Virus record (IMG/VR): IMGVR_UViG_3300005096_000137
Location: 84,428 to 148,427 of that record
DNA length: 64,000 nt
Source: a virus
Strand: one strand, 5' to 3'
The notes beneath the pieces were generated by a model. That model saw nothing but the letters and a program-made list of their open reading frames with translations, was not told the origin of the DNA and searched no databases. Each line of letters begins with the position of its first letter. Position 1 is the first letter of the stretch. A program made the position numbers and the translations under genes. Of this stretch, positions 38,991-50,686 are shown one piece after another.

Positions 38991-40779
38991 GTGATGAAAC
39001 TACGAGACTTGAATAAGCTGGAGCAGATACATGTCAATGCTATGTTGGCTACCCATGGGTACTGTCTGTATTTTGATGACACCCCAGTACCTACGAAGTA
39101 CCGAGACACAAGGAAAACCTATAAGACCTACCTTGGTAGGGGTAACTATACCCATATCTTCTACCAAAAGACTGATGCTGGTCAATTTCCGCAACTCTGG
39201 TCGGCAATAAAACTTCTGGTCTGGAGCGCAGGGTTGGTGTCCTCTGGGCAGACCTTCCTGGAATTCGCGGATGGGACGGTTGGAGAAGGTCTTGGCGATA
39301 AATATGTGTGGTGTAAAATGGACTGGCGGTCCTTGACAGACCTAGGTATGTCAGCAACTGACCTCGCGGAATTTGATGAACTGTTCTCTTACTTGAGCTT
39401 TACGGATGACTAACTACAAACCAACGCCAATTCAGTATGATGCTCAAGATCGACTCATTGCCGGGCATGGGTTTGAGATGGAGGCCATTTGCTGTGGACC
39501 CTGTGGCGATGCCATGCCCAAGGGGTACCTCAACTTCCAGGTGACGATTAAGCGGGGTTCCATTAACTGGAGCCAGTTGGTTCAGGAGCTATCAAATCAC
39601 CCACCACGACTTGGGGACCTGATGGTGAACGCACTGAACGATGCAGCCCGATACCGGCAGGACCCTGAGTGTACTGACTTCCTCGCGAAGGGGTGGGGAC
39701 GGACACTTGAGGACTACCAGAGGTGTTTTGGGTGCTTCGAGGGATTGACCCGTCTTGGAGTCAATAAAGCAGAGTATCACGAATTGATCAATTCCTCGGA
39801 TCGGGTGATGTTTGGTTTCCAGATGACCGAGGAGTTGGACAAGCAGGATGCCGAGAGGTTGGAGGTAGAATTTAAGGCGTTAATGGCTGAGCCGTCCAAG
39901 GGTACAGACGCGGACGGGGATACCCGAGGTTCCCAACGTGACTGATATTACACCAGAGATGGAAGCTTTGATGGATAAGGCGCTCGGAATGTGCGGCTTC
40001 TCCTTTACTTGCAGTATGATACCTGACACCCTGGATGACTCCGGGACTGCTGAGTATCGAGCTGCCATTCAACGGGGATCAACGCAACTCTGGGGTACCT
40101 ACATACTAGCCCATGAGCCAGCAATGTGGGAGATTGTCCAAGGTTTAGTCTGGAGTGCCGTGCGAGTATCTCAGGGGCAGAGCTTCTTGGAGTATGCAGC
40201 TTCTCAGGACTTTGACGAGTGTGGGGTGTCTTACCCTCTTGATATCGAGATTTGGACGGGGTTACAAGACCTGGGTTTGAACCATGAATCCCTGGCCCCA
40301 CTCGTGAATCTATTTGACACAATTCAAGGTGTGGAGGGTGGGTGACGAATATGACGACACAGTTGATAACCCCTGAGAACATGACCTTGTTAAACATTGA
40401 CCTGGTATGTCGTGGATTCTCGGTGAGCTACTACATCGGTGAGGCAGTTGACTACATCCCTGAGGGTTGGTCAGGTGGACCTCTGGGAGTCACCAACGTC
40501 CAGGCAGTGCTGTCCCGAGGTATGAAGCAGTTTACATATAGTTATGGTATCCAGGCACCACCAGACCTCTGGGCTGTGGTCGCCACAGTAATACGTGGCG
40601 CTGAACGTATTGCCCGGGCCTCCTCCCTCCTAGAGTACACCCTGACCCGGACTTGTGATAATTGTGGAGCACTTTATGCACGAGACCTCGCACTCTGGGA
40701 AGGGTTACAGACACTAGAGGTTTTTCAGCCAGAGCGAGAATCAATTTACCGTCTGATGGGTTTTGCAGGTTGCAATTAA
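38991..40779 (+). CDS. Four tandem paralogs, family C (38991-39413, 39406-39945, 39938-40345, 40342-40779)
   Basis: Shared GF...I.RG...P.LW.....L...A..V..G.(S/T)FLE(F/Y)....GL..LG. Confidence 0.65.
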
Positions 40780-40812
40780 GAAAACACGAGCTATACTTAG
40801 GGTGAGGTTCAA

Positions 40813-41386
40813 ATGTCACAGACAAGTCAAACACAGATAGTGAAACGAATCAAAGAGATTACTGCGGCGTGCATCAGAGCCAATGGCGGCTGTACCACGC
40901 GGGAGTGCTCACAGGCGCATAACCGGCAGTATGGGTTCGGGATCGGCGAAGAATACATCAAGAGTGTCTGGGAACAATTAGATAATTTGGAAGTGACTGC
41001 CAGCCAGCACTATCACATCGCAACCGAGAAAGACATTAAGGAAAACACGGATGACACAACGGACTCTGACTGAATTCACGGAGCAGATACGTGGTATTAC
41101 AGAACGGCAGATTGACTTCTGTGGGTTCTGCACCATGCAGGCTTGCCAGCGGAATCACAAACTTATGTATGGTGGGACAACAGGGGAACGTCCAATCCTC
41201 CGTGTCTGGACTACCTGGGACGCTGTCACACTCGTGGAAGATGAGCATTCCTTTAGTGCCGTCGGGGAGCTAGAAGTCGAGTGGATTGAGACAGATGAAT
41301 GGGCTCTGCAACTTGCGCAACATGAACACCCTGAGTGGCTCGTCGAAAATGACCTCGCAACTGAATCCCCTAATGGAGATAATTGA
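40813..41386 (+). CDS. Two tandem paralogs, family D (40813-41073, 41051-41386)
   Basis: I+.IT......G.CT...C...H...YG....E..I..VW. Confidence 0.6.
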
Positions 41387-41907
41387 TGGCCGACATAACG
41401 ATTAAGTACCACCTCTACTGTGGTGACAACGTCCAAACCAAACTCAATGAGTTCAGTGTTACTGAGGATTTGGAGAGTGACATCCAATTACATGGCGAAT
41501 CACTTTGTGAAGACTTAAACTACGAACTCCCACCTGCCCCCGAAGAATCAGCGGACACAGCTTCGGAGGCTTGGGCGGTCGACTCCGTTGATGTTGAGGA
41601 ATGGGACTACGACTTTGAGAACCCCGAGAACTTTGGCGACCTTGACGAGTACGGGGAGTACATCGAGGCATGTCAACAGTATGGTGACGCTTACCGGCTC
41701 CGCCACGAAGCCAGGGGCTCCTGTGACATGGACGAGTACGAGGGTGAGTACAACGAAGACGAGGATTTCGCCCGTGAATACATTGAACGAAGCTGTTGCA
41801 TTCCCTCGGCAGTCGAAGACTTCATCGATTGGGGTGACCTGACCAAGTCGGTCATGGAGGAATTCGACAGTTACACTGATGGTGGGTGTCACATATTTAC
41901 TAAATAG
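41383..41907 (+). CDS. ArdA-like antirestriction protein
   Basis: Very acidic; Y.G.Y...EDFA.EY......IP.....FIDW......M......G.HIF. Confidence 0.7.
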   Translation: MMADITIKYHLYCGDNVQTKLNEFSVTEDLESDIQLHGESLCEDLNYELPPAPEESADTASEAWAVDSVDVEEWDYDFENPENFGDLDEYGEYIEACQQYGDAYRLRHEARGSCDMDEYEGEYNEDEDFAREYIERSCCIPSAVEDFIDWGDLTKSVMEEFDSYTDGGCHIFTK

Positions 41908-41927
41908 TGGGGTGGTTACCCACAAAC

Positions 41928-41977
41928 AGCGGACCAGCCAGAGTTGCGTGCTCTAGGTTAGGCTGGTTCGCTTTCTT
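41928..41977 (+). terminator. Intrinsic terminator-like hairpin
   Basis: AGCGGACCAGCC...GGCTGGTTCGCT followed by TTCTT. Confidence 0.6.
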
Positions 41978-41992
41978 ACATTCGGAGAAGTT

Positions 41993-42487
41993 ATGGATCT
42001 TGTAATAATTGCAGCGGTCGCGGACAACGGAGTGATTGGGCTGGCTGGGAAGATGCCTTGGCATCTCCCTGATGATTTGTCTGACTTCCGCGAACGAACC
42101 CTAGGTCACCCTCTCATCATGGGGCGGAATACCTTCCGCTCGACTGGTGTGTTACCCGGGCGGGACACCATCATTCTCACCAGGGATGTGAACTTCCGTA
42201 TCCGTGACCCTTGCTGTCATACCGCGAACACGTTGGAACACGCCTATGACATTGCAAAACGTATTGCTGAGCCCGAAGGGGTGACCAAGGCGTTTGTCTG
42301 TGGAGGTGCTGAGATATACCGACTGGCAATGCCCGCCATCACTATGATGTACATTAGCTGGCTGGATGTCCAGACTCAGGGCGACACTTATTTCCCGGCG
42401 ATCAATCCCAGATATTGGTGTGTCAAATACGAGAAGAGGACGTCCTATGGGTGCGTCACAAAGTACATTCGGCAAAGAAGCGACTAG
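41993..42487 (+). CDS. folA: Dihydrofolate reductase
   Basis: IAAVADNGVIG..GKMPWHLPDDL..F, IMGR.T, LPGR..I.L, GGAEIY, GDTYFP. Confidence 0.95.
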   Translation: MDLVIIAAVADNGVIGLAGKMPWHLPDDLSDFRERTLGHPLIMGRNTFRSTGVLPGRDTIILTRDVNFRIRDPCCHTANTLEHAYDIAKRIAEPEGVTKAFVCGGAEIYRLAMPAITMMYISWLDVQTQGDTYFPAINPRYWCVKYEKRTSYGCVTKYIRQRSD

Positions 42488-42492
42488 TGCCC

Positions 42493-42520
42493 TTGACAAA
42501 CCCCTGGTGCAACCTATACT
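42493..42520 (+). promoter_or_regulatory. Sigma70-type promoter
   Basis: TTGACA-16-TATACT. Confidence 0.65.
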
Positions 42521-42559
42521 CTTGGGGTACCCCAATGCGTCCAGGACAGGCAAGGTAAC

Positions 42560-43915
42560 ATGGCAACATCACAGCAAATCAAAGATGTCACAGTGGAACT
42601 AGAGCGGCGGGGCTTCTCTGCGGTTCCGATACCAGGGGACGTCACTAACAAGGGAACTATTTGGAATGTCCCTATACGTCGCTTTGCCAGGTGCTATCAG
42701 ATCCAAATCACTCAGACACCACCCCCACCCATATGGTTTACGCTCGGGCTAGTGGTATGGCGCGCTGGGCAAGTTGCGACAGGTCAATCATTCCTTGAGT
42801 ATACTGCCAAAGCAAACAGGGATGCCTGTGGCATTGCATGGGCGGAATTTGAGAGCGACTGGCTTGGGCTCCAACGGCTCGGCGTTGATATCAACGAGCT
42901 TGGGCAACTGTCAGAGATGTTCGTTCCATTTGAGATTCTGTAAGATTGAGCAATAAAATCTATTCAAGGAGAAGAGTATGAAGTACCGACCATCACGCGC
43001 TGCAACACTCAACGATTGGGGCTTCACAGTGAAGACTCGTTTCGACGAGCCCCAACCCACCGTGTCTTTATTCCTGGGGACAGGTGCTTACACCTTCAAT
43101 GTAGGTACCCCTAGAGATATGTCAGTGGTTCAAGCCCTGCGACACCTCATCCCACGCGCCAGGCTTGTGTCCCGACACCCTGCGTATCACGACTTCGCCG
43201 AGTCACTACCCCACAAGGGCGTCACTTGGGATCAGTACCAAGCCTGTCAGCGTGACCTCCAAGGTCTCCAGTCACTTGGGTTGGATGAGATTGACCTCAT
43301 GCACCTGGCAAACCTTACCCAATCCCCGGAGTGTTACTTGCGCGATGAGATTTAACGAAATAGATGATAATATCGTAGACCTCTGTAAAAAGTCCGAGAT
43401 CCTCATTAAACAGCAATGTGACGAGTTTGCGTTCCAGGATAGTGGGGAGTCGCTGTTGGCTCTAATGTCCAATTCGCTGGCGTATATCACATCCTGGCCA
43501 GATGCTCCAATGGTAACACCTGATCAGGCAATTCTGGTGTATGCTCAACGAGGAATGCTTGCCCACTTCCACGAGATAGCAAAGACGGAGCCACGCGGTG
43601 AATACGAAAGCAATTGACGCAGCAGGGTTTGAACTCCACATTGCACATGGGTGGGCCACCTTGACGCGGGGTGGTAACGCATTTACCATTGAGTGGTCAG
43701 CCCTTGGTGGGTCAGTGCCTGACTTCCTCGGGTGTATTGAATCAGCAGTGGAGGTAGGGTTCATAATGAACTCAATGGCAAAGGCAGAGGATATGCACAT
43801 TCTGGACTACATGCGCCAGGTAGGGATGACCAGGCACTACAAACAGTGTCGGGATGCGTACGTGGGTATGCTCCGTCTTGGGGTCACTGAGGCAGAATGG
43901 GAGTCGTTTTCATGA
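42560..43915 (+). CDS. Family C paralogs (42560-42943, 42978-43355, 43598-43915) and a hypothetical (43345-43617)
   Basis: A.QV..GQSFLEY...GLQRLG; C..DL.GLQSLG; C...Y.G.LRLG. Confidence 0.6.
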
Positions 43916-44670
43916 AGGGTTTAGATAGAAGCTTCTCCACCGCCGAATCATGTCAGAATTGCAAATACCGGCACACCAGCCAAGGTATCACCTTCCCGGG
44001 TATGGTTAGATTCACTCACTGTATCCACGAGTGTGAGCCATATGCGGACATACTACACTACCAACCGACACAGGAACAACTGAACGCTGCCAGTGCTGCA
44101 CGTAAAGAATTCAATGAGAACCGTGAGGTTCCATTGGATGGTCACTGTAAATACTGGGAGCGTAAGAGAAAGTCGAAGAAGAAATGAGCTGTCGAATACA
44201 GGACCCATCAAGTATGTCCGGGTCCTGGCTGCATGTAAGGGCTGGAAAGCTATGGATGATTTTGGTACACTTCCCGAGGAGGCTGCACATTGACTGAGAC
44301 ACCCCCATATCAATCGCTCCGGTGCACCCCGCGAACGGACACCAGCTTCATGGGTCCACTAGTCGACCTGCATACCCCTGGCATAGCCAAGGACTTGGAC
44401 GAGTACATCAACCCACCCCAGCATGTTATCACGGTGCGGGTGCGGAAGATATCCCGTTGGCTCTCAGAAGAGTTCGGGGTGTGTACTGTGATGTCCTGCC
44501 AGCGACGGTACGGTGCAATTTACCACTCGGGCGTCGAGTCTGCCGACATACTCCGGGTCTGGCGGTCCTGGCACTATGGCAAGATTTACATTGACAAAAC
44601 CGGACATGAGTGGTTTAGTTTCGAGGAACCACCCACACCAGAAGACCTGCCCAACATACCACCTAAATAA
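43912..44670 (+). CDS. Cys-rich hypothetical (43912-44187) and family D paralog (44290-44670)
   Basis: C.NC+Y...C..W; V+.IS.....G.CT...C...Y...Y.......ILRVW. Confidence 0.5.
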
Positions 44671-44700
44671 TCCAATGGCGGGTTCTTCAAAGAATCTGAT

Positions 44701-44740
44701 TTGACAACCAGCGAACCATGATGTATGCTTAGGGTGTTCA
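44701..44740 (+). promoter_or_regulatory. Sigma70-type promoter (near-duplicate at 46245-46284)
   Basis: TTGACA-17-TATGCT TAGGGTGTTCAC in both copies. Confidence 0.7.
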
Positions 44741-44758
44741 CTTAACCCGGAGACACGC

Positions 44759-45499
44759 ATGCTAGGTTCCATTTACGAGGCTGAATTGTTCTGCACAAGT
44801 TGTGCAGCTCGATTGAGGCATAAGGATTTGATCAATGTCTCTCGGGAGTCTGACCTTCCGGAGCATTGTGGTGGGTGTGGTGTCTTCCTGGAGAATTCGC
44901 TAACCCCTATTGGGTACGAGCACGTCCAGTGCATCATTGAGGATTCAGCGTGTGAGCCTGATTGTGTTGCCATCAAGACTTGGCTCCCGTTTTATTGTGT
45001 CGGCGAGGTCTGGCAACCTGTGCAGGGTTACGAAGAGTTGTACGAGGTATCTACCTATGGAGATATACGTCGAACGTGGGTGAATGTGGTTCTCGACAGA
45101 CCAGGGAGACCACCTAAAGACCCTGTAATGGTGACTCAGTTGAAAGAAGGCGATGGTCTTCGCGTACAATTACGGAGTGAAGGAGGCGTTCGAGTCTCAC
45201 ATGCTGTTCACAAGTTAGTCCTTCAGGCTTTTAAGAAACCCTGCTTTCATGGGTACAAGTGCTGTCATAAGGATGGGAACAGGCAGAACAACCACCTGGA
45301 GAACCTGGTCTGGGTGCCCCAAACCGGGATGATTCCTCAGAAGGTGGAGCGGAGTGACGGGGTGGTTTTCCCATCTGCGAGTCGTGCTGCAACTCTCATG
45401 GGTAGTCCCGATGTTTCTGCCTCTGGAATACACCGTGCTTGTCGCACCGGTTGGTTTTACAAGGGCTACACATGGAATAAGGTTGACGATGAACCATAA
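44759..45499 (+). CDS. NUMOD4-HNH endonuclease with N-terminal zinc-binding extension
   Basis: W.PV.GYE.LYEVS..G.IR, VH+LV..AF, CHKDGN..NN.LENL.W, NUMOD1-like tail. Confidence 0.8.
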   Translation: MLGSIYEAELFCTSCAARLRHKDLINVSRESDLPEHCGGCGVFLENSLTPIGYEHVQCIIEDSACEPDCVAIKTWLPFYCVGEVWQPVQGYEELYEVSTYGDIRRTWVNVVLDRPGRPPKDPVMVTQLKEGDGLRVQLRSEGGVRVSHAVHKLVLQAFKKPCFHGYKCCHKDGNRQNNHLENLVWVPQTGMIPQKVERSDGVVFPSASRAATLMGSPDVSASGIHRACRTGWFYKGYTWNKVDDEP

Positions 45500-45617
45500 T
45501 CACAGACGTGTATGTCTGGTGACCGGCAAGTTCTCGAAGTACCTTTTGAGATCATGTTACCGCTTTTATCGAAGTGTTCAGAGTTTCTTGACAAACTCAA
45601 TACGGAGAAGATTTAAT

Positions 45618-46240
45618 ATGTTTCGAGCAATAGCCTACGTCAACCAAGAGACTGGTGAGAAGTACATTCAGTTGCAAGGGGCACGCCGGGGTCATGTCCT
45701 CTATAAGTGTAATGACGATGACTATGGGGGTCCCGGAGAACTCGTGAACACACTAGTCCGGGCATACGACCACCTTCCGGTTGGGGATAATGTGGCATTA
45801 ACACAGTCTTCAATCAATGATTATTGCTCGATAATTGCCACATTTGCTGGCACCAACGTCGAACTGCATCTCAAAAACATGGGTCGACGGTCAGACATTA
45901 TTAGCGCCTGGGTTGGTATTTCTGAGTCACTACTTTAAGCGAGGTTAAGATGGATGTAACGATTTTGATGGCAGTGAAGTCCAATCGCCATAACGCCAAT
46001 CTCAAGGACGACCTCCAATTCGTCATGTTTGCTAGTATCAAAGGCGACCCTACCACAGGGTGTGTCCATGAGGACTACACGGCAGTTAGCCCGACTCACA
46101 CCCTGAAGGGGCAGGGTAATCTGCTCTGTGGCAACCCCTATAGTCTATTTGGTGAAGCAGTTCAAGCGTTCACCGGTGAGAAGGACAACACCATCCACGC
46201 CTACCACGGAAGTGCTGAGGGTTTGAAAATGTGGAACTAA
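45618..46240 (+). CDS. Two hypothetical proteins (45618-45938, 45950-46240)
   Basis: RBS-preceded ORFs. Confidence 0.45.
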
Positions 46241-46320
46241 TTATTTGACAGAGGGCAGAACATGATGTATGCTTAGGGTGTTCACGCAACTTAACCGCAC
46301 ACCTCAGATGGGGAAACAAC

Positions 46321-46617
46321 ATGGGTACAATCACACTCGAATTCAACTTCCGATCCAGTCAGGCAGCCTTGAGTACCACCTATACCTTCGAGCTAGGTGG
46401 GAGCCACTTCTTGGATGAAGTACGGGCATTCCAGGATGATTATTTGGACGAACTTATCCGGGACAATGGTGCGGACTGGTCAGCACTCGACTTTACTGTT
46501 GAAGGATGGTCTGTGCTGGATGCTAACCCCTTCGACTTTGATGACCTGGATGCGTACAGTATTCATGTATGTGAGGTCAACGAGAAGCACCACAGATGTG
46601 TCAGGAGCTACGCATGA
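46321..46617 (+). CDS. ArdA-like N-terminal-half paralog
   Basis: MGTITL.F.F ... P.DF.DLD.YS, matching the N-halves of 41383, 58446 and 59480. Confidence 0.55.
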   Translation: MGTITLEFNFRSSQAALSTTYTFELGGSHFLDEVRAFQDDYLDELIRDNGADWSALDFTVEGWSVLDANPFDFDDLDAYSIHVCEVNEKHHRCVRSYA

Positions 46618-46893
46618 AATTCTATGGACCAGGGGGTGTGCCAACCCAACCCCTCAATTTACAGCAAGTCTGGGACGCGCTTGTCCGGACTAATTGGATG
46701 TTCACGCAGGCTAAAGGGCATGAGCTGCACTGGGTGCGAGGTCCACTTGCCTGTGTGATTCGGATTGACACAGACGAGTCACTAATAAATCGTGATTTGT
46801 CTACAGTTAGTGTTGTGTTGACGAAATGGGTTAACGTGGGGGTAGATTCTTTGGGGAATGTTTGGGTTCACAGAAATGAGGTTGAGGGGTTTT

Positions 46894-47751
46894 ATGCTTG
46901 ACGCACCACAAGTATTGAATCTGGACGGGACAGTTGCCACCCAGGTTACCCGAGGTCAGGACTACCTAGTCCCCTCGGTGTTTGGCATCCCTATTGTTTG
47001 TCCCTCGCACATTGACGAAGGGAACCAGGATGGTCCAACCGGGCGACACTGGCACACCGATGGGCGCTGGGGTAACCTGGATCGACCAAAGAAATGGTTC
47101 CATGGTCCAGCAGTGGAAGCTCTCCCGGACTTGGGAATTGACCACACAATTCAGTCTGCCATTATCGCAGACGAGGGTCAGAAGGTTAGTCACACCCAGT
47201 TCACTGCACATGAGACTGAGTGTATGCCCAGCGGTGGTATTTTCACCTCCCTGGCATGGCTGTACCACCTATATGGGGACCAGTATGCCAAGGATGGTCG
47301 GTGCCCACACCACCCAACGCCTCTGGCCGACTACCAAGGGCACCAGCGGTGTCCATCACACGGGCTCCGATTCAAGGCAGACGGGTCGCCATTTTACAAG
47401 GCCCCATTCTACGTCAGCTTGGATTACGTCAACACAGAGGGCATTGAGAACCAACTCAAGGTGCCAGTGGCGTTTCTCCCTGAAAAGATGAACTTTGTGT
47501 TCTACGAAGAGGGGACCCCCTCGTCCAGCTTCAACTTGGAAGATGCCCATGGGGAGGTGATTGATGTTTGCGAAGTAGATTCCATGGGCTTGGTCCACTG
47601 TGGGGACGCCCTTGTGTTCAGAATTAGTGCCTTCACGAAGCAAATTGTATGCCCCTATCTGTGCAAAGAAGATCCCAGGAAGGGATCAAACGAGTGGCAT
47701 GGCGGGGGTTGTGGCGAGGTCGCTAAGACCCCACTACCATTTGAAGCTTGA
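46894..47751 (+). CDS. Protein with Rieske-like [2Fe-2S] motif
   Basis: CPHH..13 aa..CPSHGLRF...G; upstream H.D..HWH.D.R. Confidence 0.6.
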   Translation: MLDAPQVLNLDGTVATQVTRGQDYLVPSVFGIPIVCPSHIDEGNQDGPTGRHWHTDGRWGNLDRPKKWFHGPAVEALPDLGIDHTIQSAIIADEGQKVSHTQFTAHETECMPSGGIFTSLAWLYHLYGDQYAKDGRCPHHPTPLADYQGHQRCPSHGLRFKADGSPFYKAPFYVSLDYVNTEGIENQLKVPVAFLPEKMNFVFYEEGTPSSSFNLEDAHGEVIDVCEVDSMGLVHCGDALVFRISAFTKQIVCPYLCKEDPRKGSNEWHGGGCGEVAKTPLPFEA

Positions 47752-47776
47752 CAGCCTGCGGAACACAATGTATACT
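47748..47776 (+). promoter_or_regulatory. Sigma70-type promoter
   Basis: TTGACA-17-TATACT. Confidence 0.7.
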
Positions 47777-47815
47777 TGGGGAGTTGAATCATGCTGTCTA
47801 ATTGGGGGAAGGCAA

Positions 47816-48118
47816 ATGAATAATCGAAGAGTTGAAGTGCTGGAGTCTTGTAACAGCTACCTCTATCTTGCGGTCATTGAGAACCACAAGCTCCGTTTGC
47901 TGGTGAAGACAACAGGAAACTACAGCAGGATGGTTGGGACTTTGGAATCAGTGTTTCAGGGTAGTACAGAGGTCGGTTTGAAGTGCCCACATGCTGAATA
48001 CGAGGACCCCCAGTTACGGAGGGTTGCAACGTACGATGGCATGTCGATGCAGTTCGACGTTACAAAAATGGGTACTGCTTCGCGGACGTGGGCAGGCCTG
48101 GAAACAGTGGGAGTCTGA
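47816..48118 (+). CDS. Hypothetical protein, family E
   Basis: S....Y.A ... (V/I)A.YDG.......KM......W. Confidence 0.55.
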   Translation: MNNRRVEVLESCNSYLYLAVIENHKLRLLVKTTGNYSRMVGTLESVFQGSTEVGLKCPHAEYEDPQLRRVATYDGMSMQFDVTKMGTASRTWAGLETVGV

Positions 48119-48795
48119 TGAAATACAAAGTAACGGCAGTGGTAGAGTTCGCGGACGCACCCCCTCTGGTTTGTAATCTAGAGTCAGACGCACCTATTGG
48201 GCAGGAGCGGGCGGGTCACGCCTTGTTCGCCAAGTATGGTTTCGAGGTGGAAGATGGGGCGTTGTTTCTGATATTTGACCCGGACCATATTAACCTGGAT
48301 GAGGGCTAAGGCATGTTTAAGCAATTGATTCTGATTGGTTGGGAGCCAGGGATTGCAAGATGGGTCACTTCGGACACCCACATCACTATGGAAATGGTCC
48401 GCGAACACATCTCAACACTCGGTGGGGACCCAAGTTGCCCCGTGGAATTCCTTGATGATCCCAAAGAGATACAGATTGATAGCTGTATCCGAATCCACGC
48501 GATGCAGGGTGGTGGTGGAAACCGTTTGTACATCGCGAAATTAGAACACACAGTCTGTGTGGACTTGTTCGAGGTATTCAAGCAGAACACACCAATGGGG
48601 ACCATGCAGGACGACCTGGCACGTGCCTACCGGTCCGTGGAGGGTATTGCCAACCCAGTGAATCCCAACCTCTCACATGCACTCAGGTCAATAGCCTGGT
48701 ACAGCGGTAATAGGTTTGTCGCGCGTACGTGTGAGATGTCTCAGCGTGGCATCGACTGGGTTGGGCAAATCACCGTGAATCTCGAATCACTGTAA
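48118..48795 (+). CDS. Two hypothetical proteins (48118-48309, 48313-48795)
   Basis: Coupled ORFs. Confidence 0.4.
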
Positions 48796-48828
48796 AGACG
48801 CCTAAGATAATTTAAGGACACCAATGTT

Positions 48829-49755
48829 ATGGAAACCTGGAAAAACGTAGTTGGATTCGAGGGAGTATATCAGGTTTCTGACCTGGGTCGAGTCAGGTCT
48901 GAGACAGCTATGTTAGCTCCCTATTTTAGTGATAAGGGTTATTTGTGGGTGACACTAACTGTGAAGACGCGGAACAGGAGGTCTCCGAAACCACACCCTG
49001 TTGCGAGACTTGTGCTCTCGGCGTTTAGGGGTCCCCGACCAGATGGGTATGGTAGTTCCCATGATAATGCCGTTGAAACAGATAACCGCCTTTCAAACTT
49101 ACAGTGGAGTGTCCGCCCTGAATATACGTCCGAGGGTGCCTACAAGTCCCCAGATACTACCCGACAGGCTGGACACCCTGTGTACCGTTCGGATGGCATA
49201 CGGTTCACGAGTGCCGGGAATGCAGCCAAGATGACAGGGGTTCTGGCCAGTAGTGTGCATGCAGTGTGTAACGGTGGGCAACATAATTCCAATGGGTTTG
49301 GTTTCAAGTGGGTCGAAGACTGTGATGGTACCCCCTGGGAGCTTGAGAAGAAGCCCGACTATTCAACAGCGATTTACCGAAGCGATGGGGTCTGGTTCCC
49401 CAGCCTGGCACGCGCTGCTCACTCAGTTGATTCGATACCTAGTCAAGTTGTCAGGACTTGCAAGGGTTTGCACTCAGAGATAAAGGGGTTTGGTTTCCGG
49501 TTCGCAAGTGACTGGAAGGGCGGTCCCTGGGACCTCGAACAACTAGCCCCACCAAAAGCAAGCAAATGCGAGGATCCACCAGTACCTGTGGTACGCTCTG
49601 ATGGGGAGTGGTTCCCGAGTCTGTATGCTGCGAGCCAGGATATTGACCGCCTACCCCACCACGTCAAATCAGTGTGCCGAGGGGCAACCCGACAATGTGC
49701 CGGCTATGACTTCCGGTACGCGAAACCCGAAGATACACCTACGGAGGTGTTATGA
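48829..49755 (+). CDS. NUMOD4-HNH endonuclease with three NUMOD1-like repeats
   Basis: WK.V.GFEG.YQVSDLGRVRS, GYL.V.L, V.RLV..AF, DN.L.NL.W; three R.SDG..F.S...A repeats. Confidence 0.8.
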   Translation: METWKNVVGFEGVYQVSDLGRVRSETAMLAPYFSDKGYLWVTLTVKTRNRRSPKPHPVARLVLSAFRGPRPDGYGSSHDNAVETDNRLSNLQWSVRPEYTSEGAYKSPDTTRQAGHPVYRSDGIRFTSAGNAAKMTGVLASSVHAVCNGGQHNSNGFGFKWVEDCDGTPWELEKKPDYSTAIYRSDGVWFPSLARAAHSVDSIPSQVVRTCKGLHSEIKGFGFRFASDWKGGPWDLEQLAPPKASKCEDPPVPVVRSDGEWFPSLYAASQDIDRLPHHVKSVCRGATRQCAGYDFRYAKPEDTPTEVL

Positions 49756-50355
49756 GATCTAAGGTTACTGAAATACTACAAAGTGATGACGATTCAGTGT
49801 ATTGTGCCAAGCTACTCAAGCGGGAATGTATCAGGTTGATACTTGTCAAGTTGAATAAGTATGGTCCTGACATGATGTCTGAGTTAATAGGTCAGCAGCA
49901 GGGTACTGGGTGCATCCCCGGGAAGCATGCAGATGTCCGTATATACCCAGAGCTGCATAGAATCGCTCGTTATGATGGCGCTAACCTACACTTGAACGTC
50001 TCGAAGATGTGCCGACCCGCGTTGGATTGGCTGGACGACTACCATTTTCAGGAATATGAAGATGGTTACTTTGAACCCTATAGGACATCAACCCATGAGT
50101 GACCCCGAAATCCGTTATGAGATGGACCCTGAAGCACTAACATCCTTGAAAGAGATTATTCCCGAGTTGGAGAAATTGGGCCGAGAGTACTTTAAGAAGG
50201 ACCCCCTAATGGTCACTCGTTTGGTGAGTGAGGCAATGACACGAGTGATGGCGTTGGGGCATTCTAGTAGTCTTACGGACACTCAGATAACGTTGATGTT
50301 CGCGCTGACACAAATGATTCCCCTTGTTATCCAGGAGGTTGAGAAGAATGCCTAG
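49752..50355 (+). CDS. Family E paralog (49752-50102) and a hypothetical (50095-50355)
   Basis: IARYDG.NL.L..SKM..PAL.W. Confidence 0.5.
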
Positions 50356-50686
50356 TGAACCCAGAAACCAAAGGTCCAATACGATTGACAGAAACGAAGT
50401 CGCGCAGAACCTTTGGAAACTTGCAGGTAGTCCCGGAATCTTTGGGTACGCCTATAAAGGGAATGCCAATTCCATCATAGAGTATGCAAAGCAGAAAGTC
50501 CGCGACAAGTGCCATGACGCTGAGAAACTGCTTGATATGTACAATGGGTGGTCACCTCAGTTTCCAACCTTTGACGAATTGACCGACCACATTAACTGGG
50601 TAACCTTTGCGGAGTCACTGCATGCAAAGTATACATTTTATCATGAAGATGGTATAGTGTATGTGTTCTCGAAAGAAGGCAAATAA
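50348..50686 (+). CDS. ArdA C-terminal-like protein
   Basis: Y.G...S..EYA ... HINW..FA..L......G.VYVF. Confidence 0.5.
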   Translation: MPSEPRNQRSNTIDRNEVAQNLWKLAGSPGIFGYAYKGNANSIIEYAKQKVRDKCHDAEKLLDMYNGWSPQFPTFDELTDHINWVTFAESLHAKYTFYHEDGIVYVFSKEGK

